From: an uncultured Verrucomicrobiae bacterium
Lineage (GTDB): Bacteria; Verrucomicrobiota; Verrucomicrobiia; Chthoniobacterales; JAATET01
Length of the DNA: 64,000 nt
Direction: 5' to 3'
NCBI GenBank assembly: GCA_963719495.1
Contig: CAVRCI010000013.1
Coordinates: 192,001-256,000, forward strand
Within the stretch, counting starts at the first letter, position 1; each line of letters opens with the position of its first letter. Of this stretch, positions 10,201 through 19,935 are shown in pieces. The notes beneath the pieces were generated by a model. The model made no database searches. It saw only the letters and a program-made list of their open reading frames with translations, and had not been told where the DNA came from. A program made the position numbers and the translations under genes.

Positions 10201-10505
10201 ACCACGACTTCGTCGGCCGCGACCACAGCCCCCGGCGACGACGGATCGATCTCGCCCGCCCGCACGTCTCGAAGCACGACGGGCCGCAGCAATCCGGCCT
10301 CGACCGATTTCGCCTCCACCCGCCAACCCCAGCGCGGAGCCAGCCGTTCCATCCCAAATCGCACGAGCCTTTCGCTGATCGGTCGGTTCCCCACGAGCGC
10401 CGCGACCACCACAACGAGAAAACCCAGAACCAAAACACCCCGAACGCGCAACTTGCGGCGGGGCTTGGAAGTTGGTGGCAGCGCGCCGTGGGAATCTTCG
10501 CTCAT
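7203..10505 (-). CDS. TamB/AsmA-like translocation/assembly module protein
   Basis: 1100 aa, N-terminal TM anchor, Gly-rich repeated beta-strand pattern (GTLSGNLKLGGPLGAPRLDG). Confidence 0.65.
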   Translation of the reverse strand: MSEDSHGALPPTSKPRRKLRVRGVLVLGFLVVVVAALVGNRPISERLVRFGMERLAPRWGWRVEAKSVEAGLLRPVVLRDVRAGEIDPSSPGAVVAADEVVVTVGSLFGVLFGDGRVIDRLDCIGASVVVDLRGRQSGLRTTDGETSAEAREARAAMRLRLLPKTIAVRSGSFELTTDHGRARMDGISGALSESTTSEVTVANVDAEAAGRVVGWSNLRAVSGWRDGVAYFSDLELAEAMDVRTLVVSVADPGGMSVSLDLGVGGGEVRGDGSWKREAGLLRVDLALSVADLPLEAVAKLSGLAEPFGGVLKEGRVTWRGTPGRWADSEIAVRLEAEGLTRRGERWESLVMGANFIGRRLYFSNFQLIAGENRVTANGEIAVPRGDAEWLDSNFLLNVSVELKDVRKLATFAGDSWRDLEGRLSLHASVSGDAGRMDGYANAEASGLTLRGLPGTAMKLSSVLNDRELEVRSVELWSGADRLTARGAVGLKAPHRYSGEIAVAMADVSRFTGKLGGAAAKWLESGGFTFSWQGDGTAAAHSGVFRASLADAATPWTPTGITGEVEGTYSPENVYLSRLRLQNGPLVFATRLTVSDAGVNLADLNLRRRQLELLVGEAFMPVNVFALLRGEPKREVFDLKKPVYARVSSGELPLAELVAMAGQDAVAAGTVTFRLGASGPLPELSLEGLISGRGLAVTTGGYQLPRTAVDLAISTRDARLRAKGAMDSAGFEPLVIDAAMPFAFEVAEGGQVKFFDRTAPISAQIAIPRTNLKVLGALIPGVDASGGTLSGVVGIGGSVLAPELSGDLEVKNGEFALENLSAPKVTGLAARIRLTGSEIRVTKARGELGGGPVEFFGGVKGGRTPKVDFGLNAENVALDGFGLEALAAIRLRAVGDFGTGTVDGSIKVLSGRADRVFTFDARPSIEASSSVELADAPRDEPGGWAWNAGVALAPDVRIGRGADAGTLSGNLKLGGPLGAPRLDGRLSLEKLTVRSVAGWPIPVSGTIHYSKDGSPSPGFALAGRSQVAGAPISYVAVGSFAAMSAWISGSEDSDAFARTLNERAALRVDGWERVIGPAAPRRDVHPSRALLGVEASVISDE

Positions 10506-10705
10506 CGCGTCGGCAAACCTTCGAACACCCCGTAATCGCTGGAAAAAAACGCCACCCTAAAACGAATACAGCCCGCCGCAACCGAATGGCGCGACGGGCT
10601 GTTGTTCCCCCCAGAACAATCTTTCGATGAGCAAAAGGTAACCGAGTCGCCACGGACGGCAACAGAAATTCGAAGAAAATTAAAAATAGTCATGACGACC
10701 TCTCG

Positions 10706-11242
10706 TCAAACAGCTTGCGCTCCGATCTTGCCGCAATCCCGCTCCCAATACATCGTTTTCGAAGTCATCTCCTCCTGATCGAACTCGAAAAAGCCCCGAA
10801 ACCTGCGTCCCTCCAGCACTCCCGGCAGCCAATGCACGTCGTCGGCCCACATTTCGGCGTAGGGAATCGCCTCCAGCCGGGTCCAGATCGGGAGCGCCTC
10901 GTCGGTTTCGATGAGATCACCCTCGCAATCCGTCGCGAGGTAAACCGCGCATTCCAACGAATAGCCGTCGGCAAATTGAAAGAACAACTCCCCCCGCAAC
11001 GCCATCCCGAGCGGCGTCACCCCCACCTCCTCGCGCGTCTCACGAATCGCCGCTTCCAACGTCGTTTCGCCCGCCTCCAGCCGTCCACCCGGAGCGTTAA
11101 TCTTCCCCGCGCCGAGCCCACGCTTTTTTCGAATGAGCAGAATCCACCCGTCCCGAACGACGAAACACAGCGTCGCCCGTTCCCGCGGCACCCACCCGTC
11201 CCAGGGCGCACCCGTCGGCCGAGCCAACCCCAAGTCACTCAT
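10706..11242 (-). CDS. NUDIX hydrolase (8-oxo-dGTP diphosphatase-like)
   Basis: Nudix box GGRLEAGETTLEAAIRETREEVG; KKRGLGAGK and MWADD..W as in MTH1-like enzymes. Confidence 0.9.
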   Translation of the reverse strand: MSDLGLARPTGAPWDGWVPRERATLCFVVRDGWILLIRKKRGLGAGKINAPGGRLEAGETTLEAAIRETREEVGVTPLGMALRGELFFQFADGYSLECAVYLATDCEGDLIETDEALPIWTRLEAIPYAEMWADDVHWLPGVLEGRRFRGFFEFDQEEMTSKTMYWERDCGKIGAQAV

Positions 11243-11257
11243 CTTCTCACCGAAGCC

Positions 11258-11707
11258 CTACCCGAACCCCGGCAGCAATTGAGTGCTCAACGCCCGGTCC
11301 AGCGACAACCGACCGCCGCCCAGGAAAAGCAGAGCAAACGCCACCATCCCGAGAGCAAACGGATATTCATTTGCCGAGATCCCCTCACCGGCGTGCACGA
11401 TCACGATCGCCCCGGCCATGATCGCCATCACCCCCAACGCCGCCGCCCGCGTGAAAAACCCGAGAAACATCGCCACCGCGACCAGCATCTCCCCGACGAT
11501 CGCCGCCATGGCCACCGCGAACGGCAGGCCCAAACCCTCCACCGACGTCCACATTTTCAGAGTCTGCGTCCAACCCTCGCCGCCGAACCAGCCGAACATC
11601 TTCTGCCCGCCGTGGTAGACGAAAACCGTCGCCAGCAGCATCCGCAAAACGAAGGGTCCAAAGCTCCGCGGAGTGGAGAAAAAAGCGAAGACCGGGTTAC
11701 TGGACAC
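11258..11707 (-). CDS. DoxX family membrane protein
   Basis: LRMLLATVFVYHGGQKMFGWFGG...GFFTRAAA...EYP...GGGRLSLD; GTG start inferred. Confidence 0.88.
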   Translation of the reverse strand: MSSNPVFAFFSTPRSFGPFVLRMLLATVFVYHGGQKMFGWFGGEGWTQTLKMWTSVEGLGLPFAVAMAAIVGEMLVAVAMFLGFFTRAAALGVMAIMAGAIVIVHAGEGISANEYPFALGMVAFALLFLGGGRLSLDRALSTQLLPGFG

Positions 11708-11768
11708 GGGAGCGGATATACCAGCGAACACCCGATTCCAAAATCCAAAATCTCAAATCCAAAATCCG

Positions 11769-11841
11769 TAGGGGCGGCGGGATTCGAACCCGCAACCAAC
11801 CAGTTATGAGCCGGCTGCTCTAACCATTGAGCTACACCCCC
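11769..11841 (-). tRNA. tRNA with CAT anticodon (probably tRNA-Ile2, possibly elongator Met); CCA not encoded
   Basis: Cloverleaf GGGGGTG-TAGCTCAATGGTTAGAGC-GCCGG CTCATAA CTGGT-GCGGG TTCGAAT CCCGC-CGCCCCT-A; lacks the initiator GGG/CCC anticodon stem. Confidence 0.93.
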
Positions 11842-12031
11842 GGTGGCGGGGGCACGTTAGGTGAGCGTCGCGCGGAAAGCACGCGAATCCGCATTGCGGA
11901 CGTGTGATTGGTGACTGGTGACTGGTGATTGGTGGGAATGCAATTCAAGGAGCGGCGGGTTGACTTCGTCGGTCTCCGCTTCGCTCCGGCTCCAGCCGCC
12001 GAAGTTTCACCCACCATTCACCATTCACCAA

Positions 12032-12673
12032 TCACGCAACCCCCACCACGCTCTCCCCCACCACCGCAAACAACCGCTCACCCGCCCGCCGCCGTTGCAC
12101 CACCAAACCCGTCATCCCACCGAATGCCGGAAGGATCGTCCGCCGCTCCCCGACGATGAATCCCGGCAGCCGCAGCGTCTGCCGCCCCGCGCCGACCAAC
12201 CGCACCCCCGGGTGGATGTGACCACACAGAACGTGCCCGCCATCCAGCTCGACCGGCTCGTGCGCCAGCCGCCAGGGCCCCCGCTCGACCCCACTCGGCA
12301 GGATCTCCATCCCCAGCCGCCCCGGCAATTTCGCCGCCCGCCGGTCGTGATTTCCCAGCACGATCTCGATCGTCAGCTCCGACCGCGTCTCCCGCCACGC
12401 CCGCAGCGCCTCCATCGTCCGCGACTCCGCCGAGAATTGGGAATGAAACACGTCGCCAAGAATCCAAAGCCGCGCCGCGCCGTGACGATCCAACAACTCG
12501 CCCAACCTCGTCAAATCCCCCCCCGTCGTCCCCTCCGGCACCGCCGCCAGACCCGCCCGCGCCGTGGCATCCTTCCCGAAATGCGTGTCCGCCACGATCA
12601 CCGTCCGCTCCCCCGCCCAGATCATCGCCCGCCCATCCAGCTTCACCCGCTCCCCCCCGATCTCGACCTCCAT
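12032..12673 (-). CDS. ligase-associated DNA damage response metallophosphoesterase (PdeM-like)
   Basis: ADTHFGK, LGDVFH, GNHD, HEP, CGHIHP, LPAFG motifs; true start at MEVEIGG within the long ORF 12032..13846. Confidence 0.85.
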   Translation of the reverse strand: MEVEIGGERVKLDGRAMIWAGERTVIVADTHFGKDATARAGLAAVPEGTTGGDLTRLGELLDRHGAARLWILGDVFHSQFSAESRTMEALRAWRETRSELTIEIVLGNHDRRAAKLPGRLGMEILPSGVERGPWRLAHEPVELDGGHVLCGHIHPGVRLVGAGRQTLRLPGFIVGERRTILPAFGGMTGLVVQRRRAGERLFAVVGESVVGVA

Positions 12674-12760
12674 CACCGCCCCGCAACTCACCGCGGATCG
12701 CCGACGATTGCAATCCCCTCGGCCACTCGTTAACATTTTCCCACACCACTCAAAAATACC

Positions 12761-13882
<1,122 letters not shown>

Positions 13883-13895
13883 GCGAGCCCGTCGA

Positions 13896-14792
13896 ATGAT
13901 CCGTCCGATTCAGTTCCTGACCGTTACGTTCGCCCTCACTCATTCGGTTTTCGCCGATTTTGACGAAGACCTCGCTGCCGCGAAAGGAAAGGGCCCAGAC
14001 GCCGTTGCGGAATTGCAAAGCAGCGCCGAGGACTCGGAGGCGGACAATCCCGCCTATTACGTCGCTCTGGCGAACTACTGGTTCGCGCGCAGTCAAGCGA
14101 TCAGCATCTCGACCAAACCGGCGGACGACGGGGATTTCGTCATCGCCGATCAGCAGTCGGGCCAATCGATGGGCAGCCTCAGCCGCGGCGGCGTGGTCGA
14201 TCCCGCGTTGGCCGACAAAGCCCCCGCCCTGCTCCAGCGAGCGACCGAACGATTCCCGGCGCGCCTCGACATTGCGCTCGGTCTCGCAACCGTCCTGGCA
14301 GAAGAAAACCGCTACGCTGACTGCCTCGAAACCTTCATTGACCTCACCGATCGATTCCACGCGAAGCCAACGTCATTCGTTGACAAGGACGATCGTCCCA
14401 TGACCGCCGAAGCCACGCGCAAACTGATGGCTAACGGCATCTACGACCGAGCCGCCGATCTTTACGCCGATGAGACCGCGGCTGCGGCGGAAACCTGCCG
14501 ATCGCTCGTTGATCTCGCGATCGAAGAATTTCCGCCCGACCCCCGTCCGCTCAATCTTCTGGCCGCCCTCGACATCCAATCCGGCAACCATGAGGCGGCG
14601 ATCAATTCTCTAAAGAAAGCCCGCGCCATCGACGCAGCCGATCCCATCGTTGCCCTCAATCTAGCGGACCAATATCTCGCGACAGGAAACAAAGCCAAAG
14701 CCCGGGAGATCGCCAACGACCTGCTGGCCAACAATCCGGGCGAATACGAACCCGACGCGCGAGCGATCCTGGACGCGGCGAAAGACAATTAG
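13896..14792 (+). CDS. secreted TPR-like helical protein
   Basis: Signal peptide MIRPIQFL..VFA; Ala/Leu helical repeats ending in FP/DP. Confidence 0.65.
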   Translation: MIRPIQFLTVTFALTHSVFADFDEDLAAAKGKGPDAVAELQSSAEDSEADNPAYYVALANYWFARSQAISISTKPADDGDFVIADQQSGQSMGSLSRGGVVDPALADKAPALLQRATERFPARLDIALGLATVLAEENRYADCLETFIDLTDRFHAKPTSFVDKDDRPMTAEATRKLMANGIYDRAADLYADETAAAAETCRSLVDLAIEEFPPDPRPLNLLAALDIQSGNHEAAINSLKKARAIDAADPIVALNLADQYLATGNKAKAREIANDLLANNPGEYEPDARAILDAAKDN

Positions 14793-14853
14793 AGTCGATC
14801 GACTCGTCGGCGCATTAGACCATTCATCGTAAATAATCCGATAACTCGCAAAA

Positions 14854-14946
14854 TGTAGCGGCGGTCTGTGACCGCCGCAGATCTCGCGACCCGAAAATTA
14901 TCGACGCTGCTCAAGACGACGGCGGCGGTCGCAGACCGCCGCTACA
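14854..14946. repeat. GTAG-type REP doublet (REPIN-like)
   Basis: TGTAGCGGCGGTCTGTGACCGCCG (14854-14877) inverted against CGGCGGTCGCAGACCGCCGCTACA (14923-14946); each arm is itself palindromic. Confidence 0.8.
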
Positions 14947-15092
14947 GGAATGGTCAGGTGAATCGTAAGATTTGGTATTGGTGGCAAGGAAGACCCGGAT
15001 GCCCGCACGAAGGCGCGAAGAATCAAACGGCTATCGAATTCCTTCGCGGCCCCGCGCCTTCGCGCGAGACGCGTCACTCACGCGAACCGACG

Positions 15093-15527
15093 TCACTTCC
15101 GGGCCGCGACGGTCTTTAGATCACGCAGCGCGCGGTCGCCGTCGTCACGAATCTGCTCGTAGGTCACGAGGCCGTATTCCTTGGTGAGAGACGCGTCGAG
15201 CAGCGCCACTTTGGGAATGTATTTTCCCTGCGACGAGATCAGCTTCGAAACGTTCTTGGGGATGTCGGAATAATTTTTGACGTAGACGACCACCGCGGAT
15301 GTCCGGAACGTCCGCAGGATCGATCCGGTGGCATTCTGACAAAGTCCGCACGTCGTATCCTTGTCGGTGTAGACGAAAGCGATCGGCTTGTTGGATTTCT
15401 CCGCCGCCGCCTGCGCCTCGGCGAGCTCGGACGCCTCGAACGAGTTCGAGGGGAATCTGATCTCGGCGAACAGAGGAGAGACGGAAATGCTTAGAATCAA
15501 AGTCGTGATGAGTGCCCGTAATTTCAT
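15093..15527 (-). CDS. secreted thioredoxin-like protein
   Basis: Signal peptide; AQAAAEKSNKPIAFVYT..TTCGLC (CxxC) and downstream YIP cis-Pro-like motif. Confidence 0.6.
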   Translation of the reverse strand: MKLRALITTLILSISVSPLFAEIRFPSNSFEASELAEAQAAAEKSNKPIAFVYTDKDTTCGLCQNATGSILRTFRTSAVVVYVKNYSDIPKNVSKLISSQGKYIPKVALLDASLTKEYGLVTYEQIRDDGDRALRDLKTVAARK

Positions 15528-15588
15528 AATTCGTCATTACGCTGCGCGGGCCATCGTGTCAACGAGCCCGAGCGAGCCCGACCCGTAG

Positions 15589-15750
15589 GGTAGGGCAGCC
15601 GCGCCGCCGGGTGCCCACTTTAGTTACCAATGGGGGTGGTTTACGAAGTGTCTTCGGTCTGCTCGGAAGCGCGCGGCAGGACGGAGCGCCGCGGGTGGTT
15701 CGCTCGACCGGCGTGAAAGTCACGGAACCCGGCGGCGCGGCTTCCCTACC
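15589..15750. repeat. GTAG-type inverted repeat pair (REPIN-like)
   Basis: GGTAGGGCAGCCGCGCCGCCGGG (15589-15611) vs CCCGGCGGCGCGGCTTCCCTACC (15728-15750), 1 mismatch. Confidence 0.7.
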
Positions 15751-15788
15751 CTTCTTTGACGATGCCTCGGCTTGCGCCGAGACCGCGC

Positions 15789-17636
15789 CTACTCCACCGT
15801 CACGCTCTTGGCCAAATTCCGCGGCTTGTCCACGTCGCACCCCAGCTCGACCGCGACGTGATACGCGAACAACTGCATCGCGATCGACGTCAGAATCGGC
15901 ATGAGGAATTCCGGCGCGTCCGGCACGAGAATCACGTCGTCCGCGACTCTCGCCAACCGCTCGTCACCCTCGGTCCCAACCGCGATCACCGGTCCCTTGC
16001 GCGCCTTCACTTCCTCGATGTTGCTGAGGTTTTTCTCGAAGACGGCGTCGCGCGGCGCGATCACGACGGTCGGCGTCTCTTCGTTCACCAACGCGATCAC
16101 GCCATGTTTCAACTCGGCGCTCGGGTAGCCGGACGCCGCGATGTAGCTGATCTCCTTCAACTTCAACGCGGCCTCCATCGCGACCGGGTAATTGAATTGC
16201 CGACCCATGAAGAGCATCACTTTCGCCTGCGCGTATTTCTTCGCGATCACCGCGATCCGGTCACTGAGCTCCAGCGTTCGCGCCACCTTCTCCGGCAACC
16301 GCTCGAGCTCGGCTATGATCCTCATTCCCTCGGGATGGGACAAATTCCGAATCCGCCCCATCAGCAACGCGATGAGCGCCTGAATCACGACCTGGGAAGT
16401 GAAAGATTTCGTCGCCGCCACGCCGACCTCCGGCCCGGCGTGCATGTAGACGCCACCGTCGCTCTCACGCGCGATCGTGCTGCCGACGTTGTTGCAGATT
16501 CCGAGCGTCCGGTGGCCCTTCCGCCGACTCTCCCGCAGCGCCGCCAGAGTGTCGGCGGTCTCACCGCTCTGACTGATCACGAAAACCAACGTGTCCTTCG
16601 TCGTCGGAAGATTGCGATACCGAAACTCGCTGGCGAATTCGCACTCGACCGGCATTTTTGCCAGCGTCTCGATGAGGTATTCGCCGATCATCGCCGCGTG
16701 CATCGCCGAGCCGCACCCGGCCAGGATCACCCGATCGACGTCGCGGAGGTCGGAGTTCGACATGTTCAGGCCGCCAAGGATGGCCGTTCCTTCCTCGTGG
16801 GAAAGCCGCCCGCGCATGGCGTCACGCACGGTGTTCGGCTGCTCGAAGATTTCCTTGAGCATGTAATGGGGGTAGTTGCCCTTGCTCACGTCCTTCTCGG
16901 TGAACTCGACCTTGCTGATCTCGAACCCCGCGCCGTCCCCTTGCAGCGTCGTGATCTGGAACGAATCGTCCTGCACGGCGACGATCTCGTAGTCCTTGAG
17001 GTAAACCACGTCCCGCGTGCGGCTCACCATCGCCGCCACGTCACTGGCGATCAGGTGCTCGCCCTTCGCGATCCCCAGGACGAGCGGACTGCCCCGCCTC
17101 GCTCCGACCAGCACGCCCGGCACGTCGGCGTGCAGCACCGCGATCCCGTAAGTCCCGATCACCCGCTTGAGCGCCCGCCGCACCGCGTCGACCAGATCGC
17201 CGGCCGCCGTCCCGCCTTCACGGTCGAATTCTGAACCGATCAGGTGCGCGAGCACTTCGGAGTCGGTCTGCGATTTGAATTCGTGGCCCTGCTCCTGAAA
17301 TTCGGCGCGCAGGTCCTGGTAATTTTCGATCACGCCATTGTGAACCAGCGCCAGCTTACCCGATTGGTCGGAGTGCGGGTGGGCATTCTCGGCGGTCACC
17401 CCGCCATGCGTTGCCCACCGCGTGTGGCAGATCCCGATTTCCCCCGCGAGCGGCGACTCGCCGAGCAGGCGATCCAGCTCGGCGATCCGTCCGACCGCCC
17501 TGCGGCTCGCGATCCCGTCGGCAGTCTGAGTCGCGATGCCCGCCGAATCATACCCCCGGTATTCCAGGCGTCGCAGACCCTGCAACAACACGCCCGAGGC
17601 CTGCGATTTTCCGACGTAACCAACGATTCCACACAT
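15789..17636 (-). CDS. glmS: glutamine--fructose-6-phosphate aminotransferase
   Basis: MCGIVG N-terminus, RLEYRGYDSAG, HTRWATHG, SQSGETADT, DVDKPRNLAKSVTVE C-terminus. Confidence 0.98.
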   Translation of the reverse strand: MCGIVGYVGKSQASGVLLQGLRRLEYRGYDSAGIATQTADGIASRRAVGRIAELDRLLGESPLAGEIGICHTRWATHGGVTAENAHPHSDQSGKLALVHNGVIENYQDLRAEFQEQGHEFKSQTDSEVLAHLIGSEFDREGGTAAGDLVDAVRRALKRVIGTYGIAVLHADVPGVLVGARRGSPLVLGIAKGEHLIASDVAAMVSRTRDVVYLKDYEIVAVQDDSFQITTLQGDGAGFEISKVEFTEKDVSKGNYPHYMLKEIFEQPNTVRDAMRGRLSHEEGTAILGGLNMSNSDLRDVDRVILAGCGSAMHAAMIGEYLIETLAKMPVECEFASEFRYRNLPTTKDTLVFVISQSGETADTLAALRESRRKGHRTLGICNNVGSTIARESDGGVYMHAGPEVGVAATKSFTSQVVIQALIALLMGRIRNLSHPEGMRIIAELERLPEKVARTLELSDRIAVIAKKYAQAKVMLFMGRQFNYPVAMEAALKLKEISYIAASGYPSAELKHGVIALVNEETPTVVIAPRDAVFEKNLSNIEEVKARKGPVIAVGTEGDERLARVADDVILVPDAPEFLMPILTSIAMQLFAYHVAVELGCDVDKPRNLAKSVTVE

Positions 17637-17722
17637 AATTTTCAGGCCTCCAAGAGGGTTTGCAGGGTGACAAAGCCCCCGCCCTCCGGCAAGGTCCATC
17701 CCACCCCAAACCCTACTCCCAC

Positions 17723-19015
17723 ATGAGTCGCAAAGTTCTCTCTCTCACTAAAGGCACCCTCGCCATCATCATGGGCGGCGGTGCCGGCACCCGCCTCTTC
17801 CCCCTCACCAAACTCCGCGCGAAGCCCGCCGTCCCGCTGGGTGGCAAATATCGGCTCGTCGACATTCCGATCAGCAATTGCCTGAACTCCGGCATCCGCG
17901 CGATGTATGTGCTGACCCAGTTCAACACCACGTCACTGCACCGCCACATCACCGACACCTACAAATTCGACGGGTTCAGCCGCAGTTTCGTCGACATTCT
18001 CGCCGCCCAGCAGACCCCCGAGGGTTCGGATTGGTATCAAGGCACCGCCGACGCCGTCCGGCAGAATCTCCGCTACTTCCTCGAGCAACCCTACGAGCAC
18101 TTCATCGTCCTGAGCGGCGATCAGCTCTACCGGATGGATTACCGCGACATCATCCGACAGCACATCGAGCGTGACGCCGACATCACCCTCGGCGTCATCC
18201 CGGTCAACCGCGACGCCGTCCCTGGATTCGGCATCATGCACACCGACGAGGACAAGCGTGTGATCGAATTCGTCGAGAAACCGAAAGATCCCGCCGTCCA
18301 GGACACCCTTCGCATCCCGAAGCCCATCCTGCGTTCCCTCGGCAAGCACGAGGACGAGGAGCTCTTCCAAGCCTCGATGGGCATCTACGTCTTCAACCGC
18401 CAGGTTCTCGTCGATTGCCTCGACAACGACCTCGCCGACTTCGGCAAAAACATCATCCCGGCCGCCATCGAGCGGAACAAAGTCGACGCCTACATTTTCG
18501 AGGGTTACTGGGAGGACATCGGCACGATCCGCGCGTTCTTCGACGCGAATCTCGCCCTCGCCGACGACGAGCCAGCCTACAATTTCTACACCGGCGGCGA
18601 CCCGACCTTCACGCAGCCGCGCTTCCTGCCCGCGAGCTTCATCCGGAATTCCCGCATCGACAGCGCCATCGTCTCCGACGGCAGCCACATCCTCCACTCC
18701 ACCATCCAGCGCTGCTCCATCGGCATCCGGAGCATCATCCGCGAAGGCAGCACCGTGCAGAACACCGTCATGATGGGCGCCGATCACTTCGATGCCGACT
18801 TGCCGAATACCGACCCCCACCTCCCGCGCATCGGCATCGGCAAGAACTGCCACATCGATCACGCGATCCTCGACAAAAATGTCCGCATCGGCGACGGCGT
18901 CACGATCACCCGCGAAGGCAAGGAGAAGGACTTCGACGGCGATGGTTTCTACGTGCGCGACGGGATCGTCGTGATCCCGAAGAACTCCGTGATTGCCCCC
19001 GGCACTCGGATTTGA
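17723..19015 (+). CDS. glgC: glucose-1-phosphate adenylyltransferase
   Basis: GGGAGTRLFPLT..RAKPAVPLGG, WYQGTADAV, SGDQLYRMDY, ASMGIYVF, YWEDIGT. Confidence 0.97.
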   Translation: MSRKVLSLTKGTLAIIMGGGAGTRLFPLTKLRAKPAVPLGGKYRLVDIPISNCLNSGIRAMYVLTQFNTTSLHRHITDTYKFDGFSRSFVDILAAQQTPEGSDWYQGTADAVRQNLRYFLEQPYEHFIVLSGDQLYRMDYRDIIRQHIERDADITLGVIPVNRDAVPGFGIMHTDEDKRVIEFVEKPKDPAVQDTLRIPKPILRSLGKHEDEELFQASMGIYVFNRQVLVDCLDNDLADFGKNIIPAAIERNKVDAYIFEGYWEDIGTIRAFFDANLALADDEPAYNFYTGGDPTFTQPRFLPASFIRNSRIDSAIVSDGSHILHSTIQRCSIGIRSIIREGSTVQNTVMMGADHFDADLPNTDPHLPRIGIGKNCHIDHAILDKNVRIGDGVTITREGKEKDFDGDGFYVRDGIVVIPKNSVIAPGTRI

Positions 19016-19033
19016 CCACAGTCCGGGTTTCCG

Positions 19034-19714
19034 ATGATTGAATCCCGAGCCGCCGAGCGACCCACCCGATTTTTGGCAAAAGCGCGCACGGCCCTCGGTA
19101 TCGCGGCCCTCGCCGCCAGCCTCCTCGCGCTCGGCGGTTGTCTCTACGACACGCCGATCACCGCCAACGCGTCGACGAACATCGACACCCGCCTCCTCGG
19201 CGTCTTCGAATACAAGGAGCGCATCCCGAACGCCGAGCTCGAGGACGACACCGACGAAGCGTCGAAATTCAAGATTCACCGCGCCGCCATCATTCCGCGC
19301 GACGAGGATACCTACTGGATCTACTACAAGAACTTCAGCGAATCCCCCGCCAAGGTTTTGCGCTTCATCGGTTGGATCTCGCGCGTCGACGGCGACTATT
19401 ACCTCTCGATGCAGGACGACACCGTGGACTCCCCGGCGCTCGGGAAATTTGCCTTCGTGAAATTCGATTGGAGCTTCCCCGGCAACTTCACGATCTCCGC
19501 GCCGAACATGCAGGGCGTCGAGACGGTCGAGACCCCCGAAGAGATGCGCCGCGCCCTCCGCGCCCGCCTCGCCGACGACACCCTCTTCCCCTACGAACCC
19601 ACCCCGTGGGACAAAATCGCCCGCGTCTACTGGGACCGCAAAGCCGAGAATCCCACCATCGAGATCCCCCGCGAATTCGAAGAAGGCGCGACCGAAAATT
19701 TCCCCGGCCTCTAG
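19034..19714 (+). CDS. hypothetical lipoprotein
   Basis: Lipobox LGGC after a hydrophobic stretch; typical codon usage. Confidence 0.7.
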   Translation: MIESRAAERPTRFLAKARTALGIAALAASLLALGGCLYDTPITANASTNIDTRLLGVFEYKERIPNAELEDDTDEASKFKIHRAAIIPRDEDTYWIYYKNFSESPAKVLRFIGWISRVDGDYYLSMQDDTVDSPALGKFAFVKFDWSFPGNFTISAPNMQGVETVETPEEMRRALRARLADDTLFPYEPTPWDKIARVYWDRKAENPTIEIPREFEEGATENFPGL

Positions 19715-19935
19715 GGAATTCTCCGCTCCCCACCAGCCAAACGGGGCGAGGACGTCTCGTCCTCGCGTTAATAAATTCAGGAGGGCGGGACGCCCTCCCA
19801 CCATTTGATCCAGCCCATCGGACCTTCGGCCCGATCCACCCAGAGGCAGAAACCGAGCACCACGCCCAGAATTTCCACCCCGCCGCACCCCCGCCGAACC
19901 TTGTAAAGCCCGGCAATCCTGTCATTTTCCCCGCA

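Noticed and set aside
11769..11841. tRNA genes as prophage or island integration sites (also 58815-59123)
   Set aside because: No integrase and no duplicated tRNA 3' end in the window
17637..17722. glmS ribozyme upstream of glmS
   Set aside because: Only 86 bp separate glmS from divergent glgC and no ribozyme core is recognisable
19138..19935. Apparent 266-aa N-terminal extension of LpdA
   Set aside because: Overlaps the lipoprotein gene in another frame and a repeat-containing spacer; LpdA homology starts at MASYDL (19936)
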